DNA from: Candidatus Desulfaltia sp.
GTDB taxonomy: Bacteria; Desulfobacterota; Desulfobacteria; Desulfobacterales; ETH-SRB1
Assembly (NCBI GenBank): GCA_030656555.1
Contig: JAUSPN010000106.1
Location: 8,404 to 72,403, forward strand
Reading direction: 5' to 3'
Length of the DNA stretch: 64,000 nucleotides
Shown: piece after piece, positions 17,591 through 26,081 of the stretch
How the letters are laid out: each line of letters opens with the position of its first letter
Numbering within the stretch: the first letter of the stretch is position 1
Notes under the pieces: generated by a model
Told to the model about the DNA's origin: nothing
The model's database searches: none
What the model saw: the letters and a program-made list of their open reading frames with translations, nothing else
Position numbers and translations under genes: made by a program

Positions 17591-19015
17591 ATGCTAAAAT
17601 CTCGCGATTCAACATACAAAAAACACTTAACAATCCTCGCGCTTGCCGTTGTGGGGTTTTCCGTTCTCTTTATTTCTATTCTGCTTAAAGGCATTGCCTA
17701 TAACATACTTACCCAGATAGACAACACCCTTTATGCACAATTTTTGTTAATTCGGGAGCGGCTCAACGAGGATAAAAAGGCTGTTCAGAGCAATGTCATT
17801 ATTGTCGGGATCGACGACAGGACATTAAACAGGTTAGGCGCTTATAACCCTTCCACATATCGAAAATATCACATAGATCTGCTTGCGAATATACTCAAAG
17901 GCAAACCCGCCGCGGTGGCTTATGATATCCTTTTCGGCGATCCCCACGATGATCCGGATGTGGACAGACGGTTTTCTGAGATTATGAAAAAAGGGCCGGT
18001 CTTTTCGGTTATTTTCGGGTCTGCTCATGCTCAATCAAAACAAATGTTCAGGCCGCTTGCCGATAATATCTCCGGCAAACAGGACATGAAATTTGTAAGC
18101 GAAAACGGTTTTGAGTCAATGGCTCCCTTTATGCTTTCTTCTTTGAAAGGCATTGGCCTCGCAAACGCCTACCCGGATAATGATGGGATATTAAGGAAGA
18201 TGCCGATGCTTTTCAAAGTGGGCGGCAGGCTTTATCCGACAATATCGCTCGAGATATTTAGAAACATAAATAATATTCCGGAATCTAAAATCAGGACCAT
18301 AAACAACAGAGTAATAACCGGCAAGACAACAATTCCTGTTGATAAATATTGTAGAGCGCATGTAAACATCGATAATACATACAAAATAAGAGAAATATCA
18401 TTTTATGATGTCTGGGCGGGTCGCGTGCCAGGGCGTTTTTTTAATGATAAAGTTGTGTTTATTGCTGCAACAGCCACAGGCCTTGGCGATAACAAACTGG
18501 TCCCGCTGCTTGGCTATGTCAGCGGAATAATGATTCACGCCAACCTGTTCCTGAATATGGTTCACAATAATTTCATTAATGAAGTTGCGGGAACCTCTTA
18601 TTATCTTCTAATACTTTTTGCTTCTTTTTTTTATACATACCTGTTTTATGTCCGTCACGAATTGCCGCTTATAAAAAGGGCGGTTGATTATGTCTCCAGC
18701 GTGTCACTTGTTATCAACTTCGGCAATGCGTTTCTTAAGATCCCATTTATCAGTCGTCCTTATAATGGATTCAAATCCATGCGTGACAAAAGCTATGTTT
18801 TAAGAATATTTTTTCTTTTGTTTTCTGAAACACGACAGCGTCTTGCGCCGGTCCTTTTGCAGCTTGTATTTCTGTACGCAACCCTTTTTTTAATTTTCTA
18901 TTATTTGAATATCCTCATTAAACCATTTACCATTATGATACAATTAATTATCTGTTATATAATTGTTTCTGAATTCAAAAGAATAGATTTCACCAAGATT
19001 TCTCCCCAAAAGTAA
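17591..19015 (+). CDS. CHASE2-domain membrane protein without output domain
   Basis: 474 aa. VIIVGIDDRTL...AAVAYDILF...GIGLANAYPDNDGILRKMP...VVFIAATATGLGDNKLVP parallels the CHASE2 part of 14291. It ends in TM helices only. Confidence 0.65.
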   Translation: MLKSRDSTYKKHLTILALAVVGFSVLFISILLKGIAYNILTQIDNTLYAQFLLIRERLNEDKKAVQSNVIIVGIDDRTLNRLGAYNPSTYRKYHIDLLANILKGKPAAVAYDILFGDPHDDPDVDRRFSEIMKKGPVFSVIFGSAHAQSKQMFRPLADNISGKQDMKFVSENGFESMAPFMLSSLKGIGLANAYPDNDGILRKMPMLFKVGGRLYPTISLEIFRNINNIPESKIRTINNRVITGKTTIPVDKYCRAHVNIDNTYKIREISFYDVWAGRVPGRFFNDKVVFIAATATGLGDNKLVPLLGYVSGIMIHANLFLNMVHNNFINEVAGTSYYLLILFASFFYTYLFYVRHELPLIKRAVDYVSSVSLVINFGNAFLKIPFISRPYNGFKSMRDKSYVLRIFFLLFSETRQRLAPVLLQLVFLYATLFLIFYYLNILIKPFTIMIQLIICYIIVSEFKRIDFTKISPQK

Positions 19016-19029
19016 AAAGGAAAATCAGA

Positions 19030-20667
19030 ATGAGAATATTGCCAGAGCATAGATTAATTATTTCTATCCTTACAATTGCAAGATCGCGGGCAATACGGAC
19101 ATGCCTGTTTTTTGTTTTAATCCTGCCGATCTTTTATATTTATTCCGAAAAAGCGGCTATTGGCGCATATAATGATGTTAGCGGCTTTAATACAGCTGCC
19201 GAGCTGCTTAATAATGGAATGTATCTTGAAGCATTAAGCATATATCAGGAGATTTCAATTTACTCGGATAAACAAGACAACAGAGCGCGGGCATTGTTAT
19301 TCATGGGAACCACTTACAGCCTTTATCTTGATCGGTATGACGCTGCCCTGGAACAATTTGACAAAATTATTAAAACCTATCCAACCAGCCAGACAGCATC
19401 TGATGCTCTTTTTAACAGTGGCATGGTATTATATGAAACAGGAAAATTTAAAAACGCTCATGCTTTTTTTAAAAAGTACATGGAAAAATATCCGGATGGT
19501 CCGCGCATACAATCGGCGGAAGTATGGGCTGACAGCGCAAAGACTCAGATGTCGGAGATTCGGAAACCTGAAGAGATTGCTCCGGTTCCTTTGGATAAGA
19601 TGGATGTTGAGGATACAATTATAAGGGTTTTGATTAAAAACAAAGCTGAAAAAACTACCATTTATTCAGAGCAAAGCATCTCGTTGTATGATCCATTTTC
19701 AAAGAAAATGATTTATCGCAGCTCCGAGCCTGTGATTTTCACAAAACAAGGGGAGCAGCTTGCGGCAAATGGCCGGAAGCTTGATCTCCACATGTGTATG
19801 GTCAAAACCAACGGCAAAGCTATTATGGTTGATAATCGCAGATTCAGGGGCGAGCTTACTATACTGGCTGATTCAAAATCGCTGTCTGTTGTTAATAATA
19901 TTCCGGTTGAACAGTATCTTTATGGCGTCGTGCCGAAAGAAATGCCGCATAGCTGGCCAAAGGAAGCACTGAAAGCTCAGGCAGTGGCTGCCAGAACATA
20001 TGCTCTTTATATTAAAGATAAAAGCGCCGACAAACCATATGATGTGGAATCAACCACGACATCGCAGGTATATGGAGGATTTGACGCTGAAAAAGAGGAG
20101 TCTAATCTGGCGGTTGATGAGACACGCGATCAGGTAATCACCTATGATGGAAGACTTATTGTTGCCTATTTTCATTCAAGCAGCGGAGGGCATACTGAAG
20201 ATTCAAAAAATGTCTGGACTGCTGATTTGCCATATCTTAAAGGGGTTTCTGACGGTTTTAGCGCAAATATTCCAAATAGCCAGTGGAGCTTTTTTGTTTC
20301 ATATAACGATATGCAAAACAATTTGAACAAGTACGGCCTGAATATTGGACAGATTAGTGTGCTCAATGCCGCTGGTGAGTCTCAATCAGGACGTTTACTG
20401 GGAGTAAGTGTTGTTGCAAACAACGGGACAACCGAACTAAAAAGCAATAATTTCAGAATAAAGGTTGGAGCGACCAGATTAAAAAGCACACTTCTAAAAA
20501 TGGCTCCCGAGCGTGACGGCATTCTTTTTGCCGGCAAAGGTTACGGCCATGGAGTCGGCATGAGTCAATGGGGCGCAAATGTGATGGCCCAAAAAGGATT
20601 TGGTTATCAGGACATTTTAAAGCATTATTATCAATCTGTTAAAATAGTGGCTTTAAGCAGCCAATAA
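19030..20667 (+). CDS. TPR + SpoIID/LytB-domain protein (lytic transglycosylase family)
   Basis: 545 aa. TM anchor and TPR block. Then YLYGVVPKEMPHSWPKEALKAQAVAARTYAL...YFHSSSGGHTE...GHGVGMSQWGA. Confidence 0.8.
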   Translation: MRILPEHRLIISILTIARSRAIRTCLFFVLILPIFYIYSEKAAIGAYNDVSGFNTAAELLNNGMYLEALSIYQEISIYSDKQDNRARALLFMGTTYSLYLDRYDAALEQFDKIIKTYPTSQTASDALFNSGMVLYETGKFKNAHAFFKKYMEKYPDGPRIQSAEVWADSAKTQMSEIRKPEEIAPVPLDKMDVEDTIIRVLIKNKAEKTTIYSEQSISLYDPFSKKMIYRSSEPVIFTKQGEQLAANGRKLDLHMCMVKTNGKAIMVDNRRFRGELTILADSKSLSVVNNIPVEQYLYGVVPKEMPHSWPKEALKAQAVAARTYALYIKDKSADKPYDVESTTTSQVYGGFDAEKEESNLAVDETRDQVITYDGRLIVAYFHSSSGGHTEDSKNVWTADLPYLKGVSDGFSANIPNSQWSFFVSYNDMQNNLNKYGLNIGQISVLNAAGESQSGRLLGVSVVANNGTTELKSNNFRIKVGATRLKSTLLKMAPERDGILFAGKGYGHGVGMSQWGANVMAQKGFGYQDILKHYYQSVKIVALSSQ

Positions 20668-20671
20668 TGAT

Positions 20672-20720
20672 GAACCGCAAAAGCGAGCGCATTCCACGCT
20701 GCTTGCGGCGGGGAGTTTTA
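20672..20720. repeat. Half copy of the CCCCGC-hairpin intergenic element
   Basis: gaaccgcaaaagcgagcgcattccacgctgcttgcggcggggag. Same left end as the 54558 copy and as the reverse complement of the 40042 copy. Confidence 0.7.
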
Positions 20721-20962
20721 ATATTTCAGCAAGACTCGTAAAAAAATTAATAGAGCTCGCAAAATCTCACGGACAACAAAAAGATAACAAAATCCTTATC
20801 GACCTTTCTTTAACGCAGAAAGAGCTTGGCGATATGGTCGGAGCAACAAGGGAAAGCATTAATAAGGAGCTTAAATCGTTGCGAGAACAAGGTCTGATAA
20901 TAATTGAGGGGAGCAGAATCCAAATACTCGACACATCTCGCCTTAAAAGCAAAATTTTTTGA
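20720..20962 (+). pseudogene. C-terminal HTH remnant of a Crp/Fnr-family regulator
   Basis: Own translation (no usable start codon): ISARLVKKLIELAKSHGQQKDNKILIDLSLTQKELGDMVGATRESINKELKSLREQGLIIIEGSRIQILDTSRLKSKIF. The cNMP-binding domain is absent. The frame runs straight out of the repeat element. Confidence 0.6.
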
Positions 20963-20985
20963 TCTTGAAAAGGAGAACGCATTAC

Positions 20986-21885
20986 ATGTTAGCCATTAAA
21001 TCAAAAACAGGAAGTATGAATGTGGCAAGAATAGCCGCGCTGGTATTTCTGTTCATTATATCTGCTGCGTATGCTTATGCCTCGCAATCTACCATTACAG
21101 AGGCCGAGGGGTATGCCTGCATGGGTGAGGACAGGTCAAGGAGACAGACAGAACTGGCTGCGCTGGAAGCTGCAAAGAGAAACGCAATAGAGTTCGCGTC
21201 GACCTACATGACAAGCGAAACTCATATCAAGGACTTCGAGCTTGAGAAAGATCTGGTTTCTGCATATGCCAATGCCACTGTAAAAGTCATCAAGGAAATC
21301 GAAAAGGGCTGGTACAAAGATGCAAGGTCAGGGGATTGCTTCAGTGTAAAAATTAAGGCCGAGGTGATACCTGATGAAAAGGCAATGGATAAAGTTTCTA
21401 AAAGAAAGGATGTTGCCGACGATCCATCCGCCCCGCTCCATGTTCAGGTCTGGACGGATAAAAAGGAATATGAGCGTGGCGACAGGATGAGGATTTACAT
21501 AAAAGGCAACAAGCCCTTTTATGCCAGCGTCATATACAGGGATGCTGCCGGAAAAATGGTTCAGATCCTGCCCAATCCATACAGAAATGAAAACTATTTC
21601 CAGGGCGGGGTTATCTATGAGATACCGTCGGGCAAAGACAGATTTGATCTTGAAATAAGCCCTCCATTTGGCGAGGAAAACATATCCGTATATGCAAGCA
21701 CGTCACCGCTGGGCAAGATAGACCTTAACTCTCAGGGCGGAGTCTATTTTGTCAAGACAAAGGCAAATGACATAGGTGCAAGAACAAGAGGAGTATCGCT
21801 AACCGGAAAATCAACCGGCAAAACCGGCTATGCCTCTGAGTTCTATGAGAATAAAGCTGAAATTAAAACAAAGTCTGCGCGATAA
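20986..21885 (+). CDS. Secreted LPP20-like N-domain + DUF4384-like domain protein
   Basis: The track ORF starts at 20959, but AAGGAG precedes the ATG at 20986. LAALEAAKRNAIEFASTYMTSETHIKDFELEKDLVSAY is LPP20-like. VWTDKKEYERGDRMRIYIKGNKPFYASVIYRDAAGKMVQILPN is DUF4384-like. Confidence 0.55.
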   Translation: MLAIKSKTGSMNVARIAALVFLFIISAAYAYASQSTITEAEGYACMGEDRSRRQTELAALEAAKRNAIEFASTYMTSETHIKDFELEKDLVSAYANATVKVIKEIEKGWYKDARSGDCFSVKIKAEVIPDEKAMDKVSKRKDVADDPSAPLHVQVWTDKKEYERGDRMRIYIKGNKPFYASVIYRDAAGKMVQILPNPYRNENYFQGGVIYEIPSGKDRFDLEISPPFGEENISVYASTSPLGKIDLNSQGGVYFVKTKANDIGARTRGVSLTGKSTGKTGYASEFYENKAEIKTKSAR

Positions 21886-22166
21886 GTTTGCAAGAAATAA
21901 AATAAAAGCAAAATACCCGAACCCGTTCTTTTGGGCCGTGTTTATACTTCATAGCGAAGGTTAAAAGGTGTTTAGTGTTAATTTGGCAAAAAAAGGGGCA
22001 AATGTCCCGTATTTGGTTTAATTTATTGATTTCAGCCATACTTATAGTGTAATTTATAATGCAGTGAATTCCATTGTTGTCATGTGATCTATTCCATTGC
22101 GGTTCTTATAATAAACAGATTATGATAAAAGCGTGAAAATGCTTTTTATATGAGGCTGTCAATATT

Positions 22167-24968
22167 ATGAAAAGAAAATGTAGCATAATAACAATATCCT
22201 TGTTGCTGATAATCATGTTTGCAAGCCTTTGTGTTTTCGGATGCGTAGCCGTGGGTAAAAAAACTGCTATTGTTTCCGGTATCGAGATCGCCTTTAAAGG
22301 AACTTATAAGGTTGATCCATACATGGAAAAGCATATGCCGCGTACTGTGGCTATTCTTCCCTTTGTTGATGAATCAAAAAGCCAAAAAGGGGCTGAAGCT
22401 GTGCGCAGAGGTTTTTATAACCATCTCAGCTCCCTGCCATATAAAGATATGGAACTCTTTCGTGTCGACCACCTGCTCAGAAAAGCAGGGCTTGCCGACC
22501 CTGTTGACGTGCACAAAATATCGCCTGAAAAACTTAAGGAGATCCTCAACGTAGATGCGGTTATTTTTGGAACCATATCAAATTTTGACAAGCTCTTTGC
22601 AGGCGTTTATTCACAGGTCTCTGTCGGCGCTGAAATAAAGATGTATGATACACAGGGGCATTTTCTGTGGTCAGGCCAGCATGTGGCCCGCATACACGAA
22701 GGCGGCATTTCTGTCACACCTATCGGCATTGTTGCTTCAATTATTGCCGCTGCCATGAATGTAAGAGATATACAACTGCTTAGAGCATGCGACGATCTTT
22801 TCAGGGATATGGTTAAAACGATCCCGGCGGTAAAACAGGCCGAAGTACTCCGAAAGCCGCGTATTGAGATGCTGGCACAGGATTCAAAAGGAGAACCAAA
22901 GAAAGCCGGCGATATAATTAAGGTGGCATTAAAAGGTGATCCAGGAATGCAGGCGTGGTTTGATATGGGTGATTTCAAAAAAGGTATCGACATGGCGGAG
23001 GTTGAGCCGGGTGGATACGTAGGCTCTTACAGTGTGGTGCCCGGAGACAATATAAAGGATGTTGTTGTTACAGGGTATTTGTCTGATGATGCCGGTAATA
23101 CAACAAGCTGGGTTGATGCAACCAGGACAGTAACCCTTGATACAACCCCGCCGGATGCCCCCAAAAACCTGACAGCTACAGGTCGTGATAATAGGGTTGT
23201 GTTAAGCTGGGATAAAAACACAGAAGATGATCTTTCAGGGTATATAGTTTACAGAAGCGATACTCCGCTTAGCGGTTTCAAAAAAATAGGACAGACCGAG
23301 TTCGCCGGGTTTGAGGATGAAAATGCAATAAATTTAAATGCCTTTTATTATAAAATTTCTGCCATTGATCTGGCTGGTAATGAAAGCAACAATGAGGAGG
23401 CTGTTGCCGGAACGGCGGTGCCTCCAGGTCCTACCTATGTAAAAGGTAACCTGGAAAAGGATACAATATGGTATGCTGGAGCAAGCCCGTATATTATTGA
23501 AGATACAGTAATTGTTTCGGAAAGATCCTCTCTTTTAATCGAGCCGGGCACAATAATTAAATCCAGTGGAGGTGGCCTGGTTGTCAAGGGCGGTCTAATT
23601 GCAAACGGCAGCAAAAACCAGACAATTACCTTTTTATCGGTCAAGGATGTTGGGGAGGATGTTGGGGAGAGTGTTTTAGAGAACGCCTGGAAGGGGATTT
23701 TATTTGACAGTGTTAAGGGCGATAAGAATCTGCTCGCATTTTGCCGGATTAAAGACGCAGCCATAGGTGCTGAAATTAAGTCGTCATCGCCGGAGATCAG
23801 AAACTGCGAATTTGTAAAAAATAATATCGGCATTAAAATTATCGGAGGCTTTTCAAATCCACAAATAGAAGAATGTATAATCCACGATAGCAGATCCGAA
23901 GGCATTAAGATTATAGATGGAGCAAGAGTTTCCATTAAAGATAACCGCATAAAAAATAATAATGCAGGCCTGTTTATTCAGGATGCTGGGTCGGTTTCAG
24001 TAAAAGGTAATTTAATAACTAATAACAAAGGCTGCGGCATTATTGTTAAAAACAGCGAGGCTGCAATTTCAAAAAATAATATTTATGATAATATCCCGTC
24101 AGACATGAAGGGGGCATTTCATGGCAAAGCCGCTGATGCCGATGACAACTGGTGGGGTAAAGCTGACTGGCATGACCTTTTGACCAATACAAGTGGACGA
24201 ATAAATATTAAGACAATCCTTGATGGTCCGTATCCTGATGGGAAACCGATCGCTATTCCGGTTATAACGGGAAATCTTGGCGGACAGATTGATACGGATT
24301 CAATTCTTGCATTCTCTGACAGCCCTTACAGAATAACAAAAGACCTGATACTGGATAATGGTGCAACACTTTATATCCAGCCGGGTGTTATACTTTTGTT
24401 TGACAAGCAGTTTTCGATTATAACAAAAAACGGCGGTGTAGCTGCCAGGGGAACAAAAGATAATCCTATTATATTTACATCTTCAGGATCTTCCCCTTCG
24501 CCGGGAGATTATAAAAATGCCGTATCTTTTTCAGAGCCAACCAAAGTCAGCAGTTTTTTTAAATACTGCAAATTTGAATATGCTGCAACAGCTATAGATG
24601 TCCAGCATGGAATGCCTGAAATCGCATACTGCCATATTGTAAACAATTCTCAAAGCGGGATTCGGTGCGGCAATGATGCCGGGCCGAGAATATTGTATAA
24701 TACGATTGCAAAAAACTTAGGGACAGGCGGAATAGAATGTGTGGGCATGGCAAACCCAAAAATTCATCACAATAACTTTGTGGAAAATGCCGTGGCAATT
24801 CAATCTTTTTCAACCATTTATATTGATGCCCGTAATAATTTCTGGGGCAAGGTGCCGCCTGACGATACAGTAATATGGGGTAAAAATATAAACATAACAC
24901 CCTGGCTCGAAGTCCCTGATGTGGATGCATTTTCTATTACGCAAGAAAAGCCGATAAAAAGAGATTAA
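22167..24968 (+). CDS. Giant lipoprotein: DUF799/GNA1162-like N-domain + Ig/FN3 + two blocks of right-handed parallel beta-helix repeats
   Basis: 933 aa. Lipobox VFGC. VAILPFVDESKS...DAVIFGTISNFD is DUF799-like. TTPPDAPKNLTATGRDNRVVLSWDKNTEDDLSGYIVYRS is FN3. Repeated NxxxxNxxxGIxI units (PbH1) follow. Confidence 0.7.
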   Translation: MKRKCSIITISLLLIIMFASLCVFGCVAVGKKTAIVSGIEIAFKGTYKVDPYMEKHMPRTVAILPFVDESKSQKGAEAVRRGFYNHLSSLPYKDMELFRVDHLLRKAGLADPVDVHKISPEKLKEILNVDAVIFGTISNFDKLFAGVYSQVSVGAEIKMYDTQGHFLWSGQHVARIHEGGISVTPIGIVASIIAAAMNVRDIQLLRACDDLFRDMVKTIPAVKQAEVLRKPRIEMLAQDSKGEPKKAGDIIKVALKGDPGMQAWFDMGDFKKGIDMAEVEPGGYVGSYSVVPGDNIKDVVVTGYLSDDAGNTTSWVDATRTVTLDTTPPDAPKNLTATGRDNRVVLSWDKNTEDDLSGYIVYRSDTPLSGFKKIGQTEFAGFEDENAINLNAFYYKISAIDLAGNESNNEEAVAGTAVPPGPTYVKGNLEKDTIWYAGASPYIIEDTVIVSERSSLLIEPGTIIKSSGGGLVVKGGLIANGSKNQTITFLSVKDVGEDVGESVLENAWKGILFDSVKGDKNLLAFCRIKDAAIGAEIKSSSPEIRNCEFVKNNIGIKIIGGFSNPQIEECIIHDSRSEGIKIIDGARVSIKDNRIKNNNAGLFIQDAGSVSVKGNLITNNKGCGIIVKNSEAAISKNNIYDNIPSDMKGAFHGKAADADDNWWGKADWHDLLTNTSGRINIKTILDGPYPDGKPIAIPVITGNLGGQIDTDSILAFSDSPYRITKDLILDNGATLYIQPGVILLFDKQFSIITKNGGVAARGTKDNPIIFTSSGSSPSPGDYKNAVSFSEPTKVSSFFKYCKFEYAATAIDVQHGMPEIAYCHIVNNSQSGIRCGNDAGPRILYNTIAKNLGTGGIECVGMANPKIHHNNFVENAVAIQSFSTIYIDARNNFWGKVPPDDTVIWGKNINITPWLEVPDVDAFSITQEKPIKRD

Positions 24969-26081
24969 ATGGATAGAAGACTTTTTATAAAACTTTTGAG
25001 TCAAGGTGCCTTTGTTTCATACGGCTTGCTAAAGTGCCCGGTTTTGGGCTGGTCTGAGAGTGCATTTGATTTGGCACTTGAAGGGCAGGATCTGATTCAG
25101 AAGAAAGATTTTCCCAAAGCAATTAAGGCGCTTCAAGAGGCTGTGCGCATAGATCCGAAAAGCGACTGGGCGTTTGGTCTTCTTGGACGGGCGCATCTTG
25201 GACTTGACCAGAAAGCGGAAGCTGTGGCTGCATTCAGACAAGCCGTACGTTTGAATCCATCTGACACATATTCACGTATGATGATTGAAATTACAACCCA
25301 AAAACCTATTCCGCGGCTTGCAAAAAAGGAAAAGCCTCTTACAGATCTTGAAAAGGAAGCAATACACGAAGAAGAGGAGATGCTTAAAAAACTGCATGCT
25401 GAGAAAGGACTGGATTACAAAGTAAAACGGGTTGTGATTGATGCGGGTCATGGTGGATTTGATCCAGGAGCTGTTGGACAAAAAGGGCTTAAAGAAAAAG
25501 AGGTAACCCTGGATCTTGCGCTAAAGTTACACGAAAGACTGGCCAGGGAGGGAAAAATCAAATCCTTTCTGACCAGGACAGGCGACTATTATATTCCTCT
25601 TAGCGCAAGAACCGTTACCGCAAATCAATTTCAGGCAGACCTCTTTATAAGTATACATATAAACGCAAACAAAAACAGACAGCCAAGCGGTTCGGAAACA
25701 TATTTCTGTTCGGAAAAGGCTTCAAGCGCAGAGGCTGAAAAGGTAGCGGCCCTGGAGAATTCAGTGCTTAAGTATGATGAGTCTTACAAAAAAAAGCAGG
25801 GTTATATAGATATTGAAGAGATTTTGTTTAAGTTCGAACAAAATCTTAACTGGAGTGAAAGCGGAGAGTTTGCAAAGGCTTTTCAAGAACGTTTTAAAAA
25901 AAGACTGCCGCTGAAAAGCAGGGGGGTTCATTCAGCCAATTTCTATGTTTTGCGTCGTGCTAAAATGCCTGCGATACTTCTTGAAACAGGATTTATATCC
26001 AATCCTGATGATGAAGCAATGTTAGAGCAGCCTGCTTTCAGAGAAAAGATTGTAGATGCAGTGGCAAGGGGGCTTGCGTGA
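24969..26081 (+). CDS. Tat-signal TPR + N-acetylmuramoyl-L-alanine amidase (Amidase_3, AmiC-like)
   Basis: 370 aa. MDRRLFIKLL resembles the twin-arginine motif. TPR block. VVIDAGHGGFDPGAVG..GLKEKEVTLDLALKL...DLFISIHINA...SGSETYF...VLRRAKMPAILLETGFISN. Confidence 0.85.
   Translation: MDRRLFIKLLSQGAFVSYGLLKCPVLGWSESAFDLALEGQDLIQKKDFPKAIKALQEAVRIDPKSDWAFGLLGRAHLGLDQKAEAVAAFRQAVRLNPSDTYSRMMIEITTQKPIPRLAKKEKPLTDLEKEAIHEEEEMLKKLHAEKGLDYKVKRVVIDAGHGGFDPGAVGQKGLKEKEVTLDLALKLHERLAREGKIKSFLTRTGDYYIPLSARTVTANQFQADLFISIHINANKNRQPSGSETYFCSEKASSAEAEKVAALENSVLKYDESYKKKQGYIDIEEILFKFEQNLNWSESGEFAKAFQERFKKRLPLKSRGVHSANFYVLRRAKMPAILLETGFISNPDDEAMLEQPAFREKIVDAVARGLA

Noticed and set aside
11211-24930. Numerous 60-170-aa ORFs antisense to large genes, e.g. 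11616..12023, 16806..17198, 22607..22993, 23435..23950, 24592..24930.
   Set aside because: Each lies wholly inside a longer ORF with clear domain motifs on the other strand. They have Ser/Leu/Ile-rich antisense-type composition.
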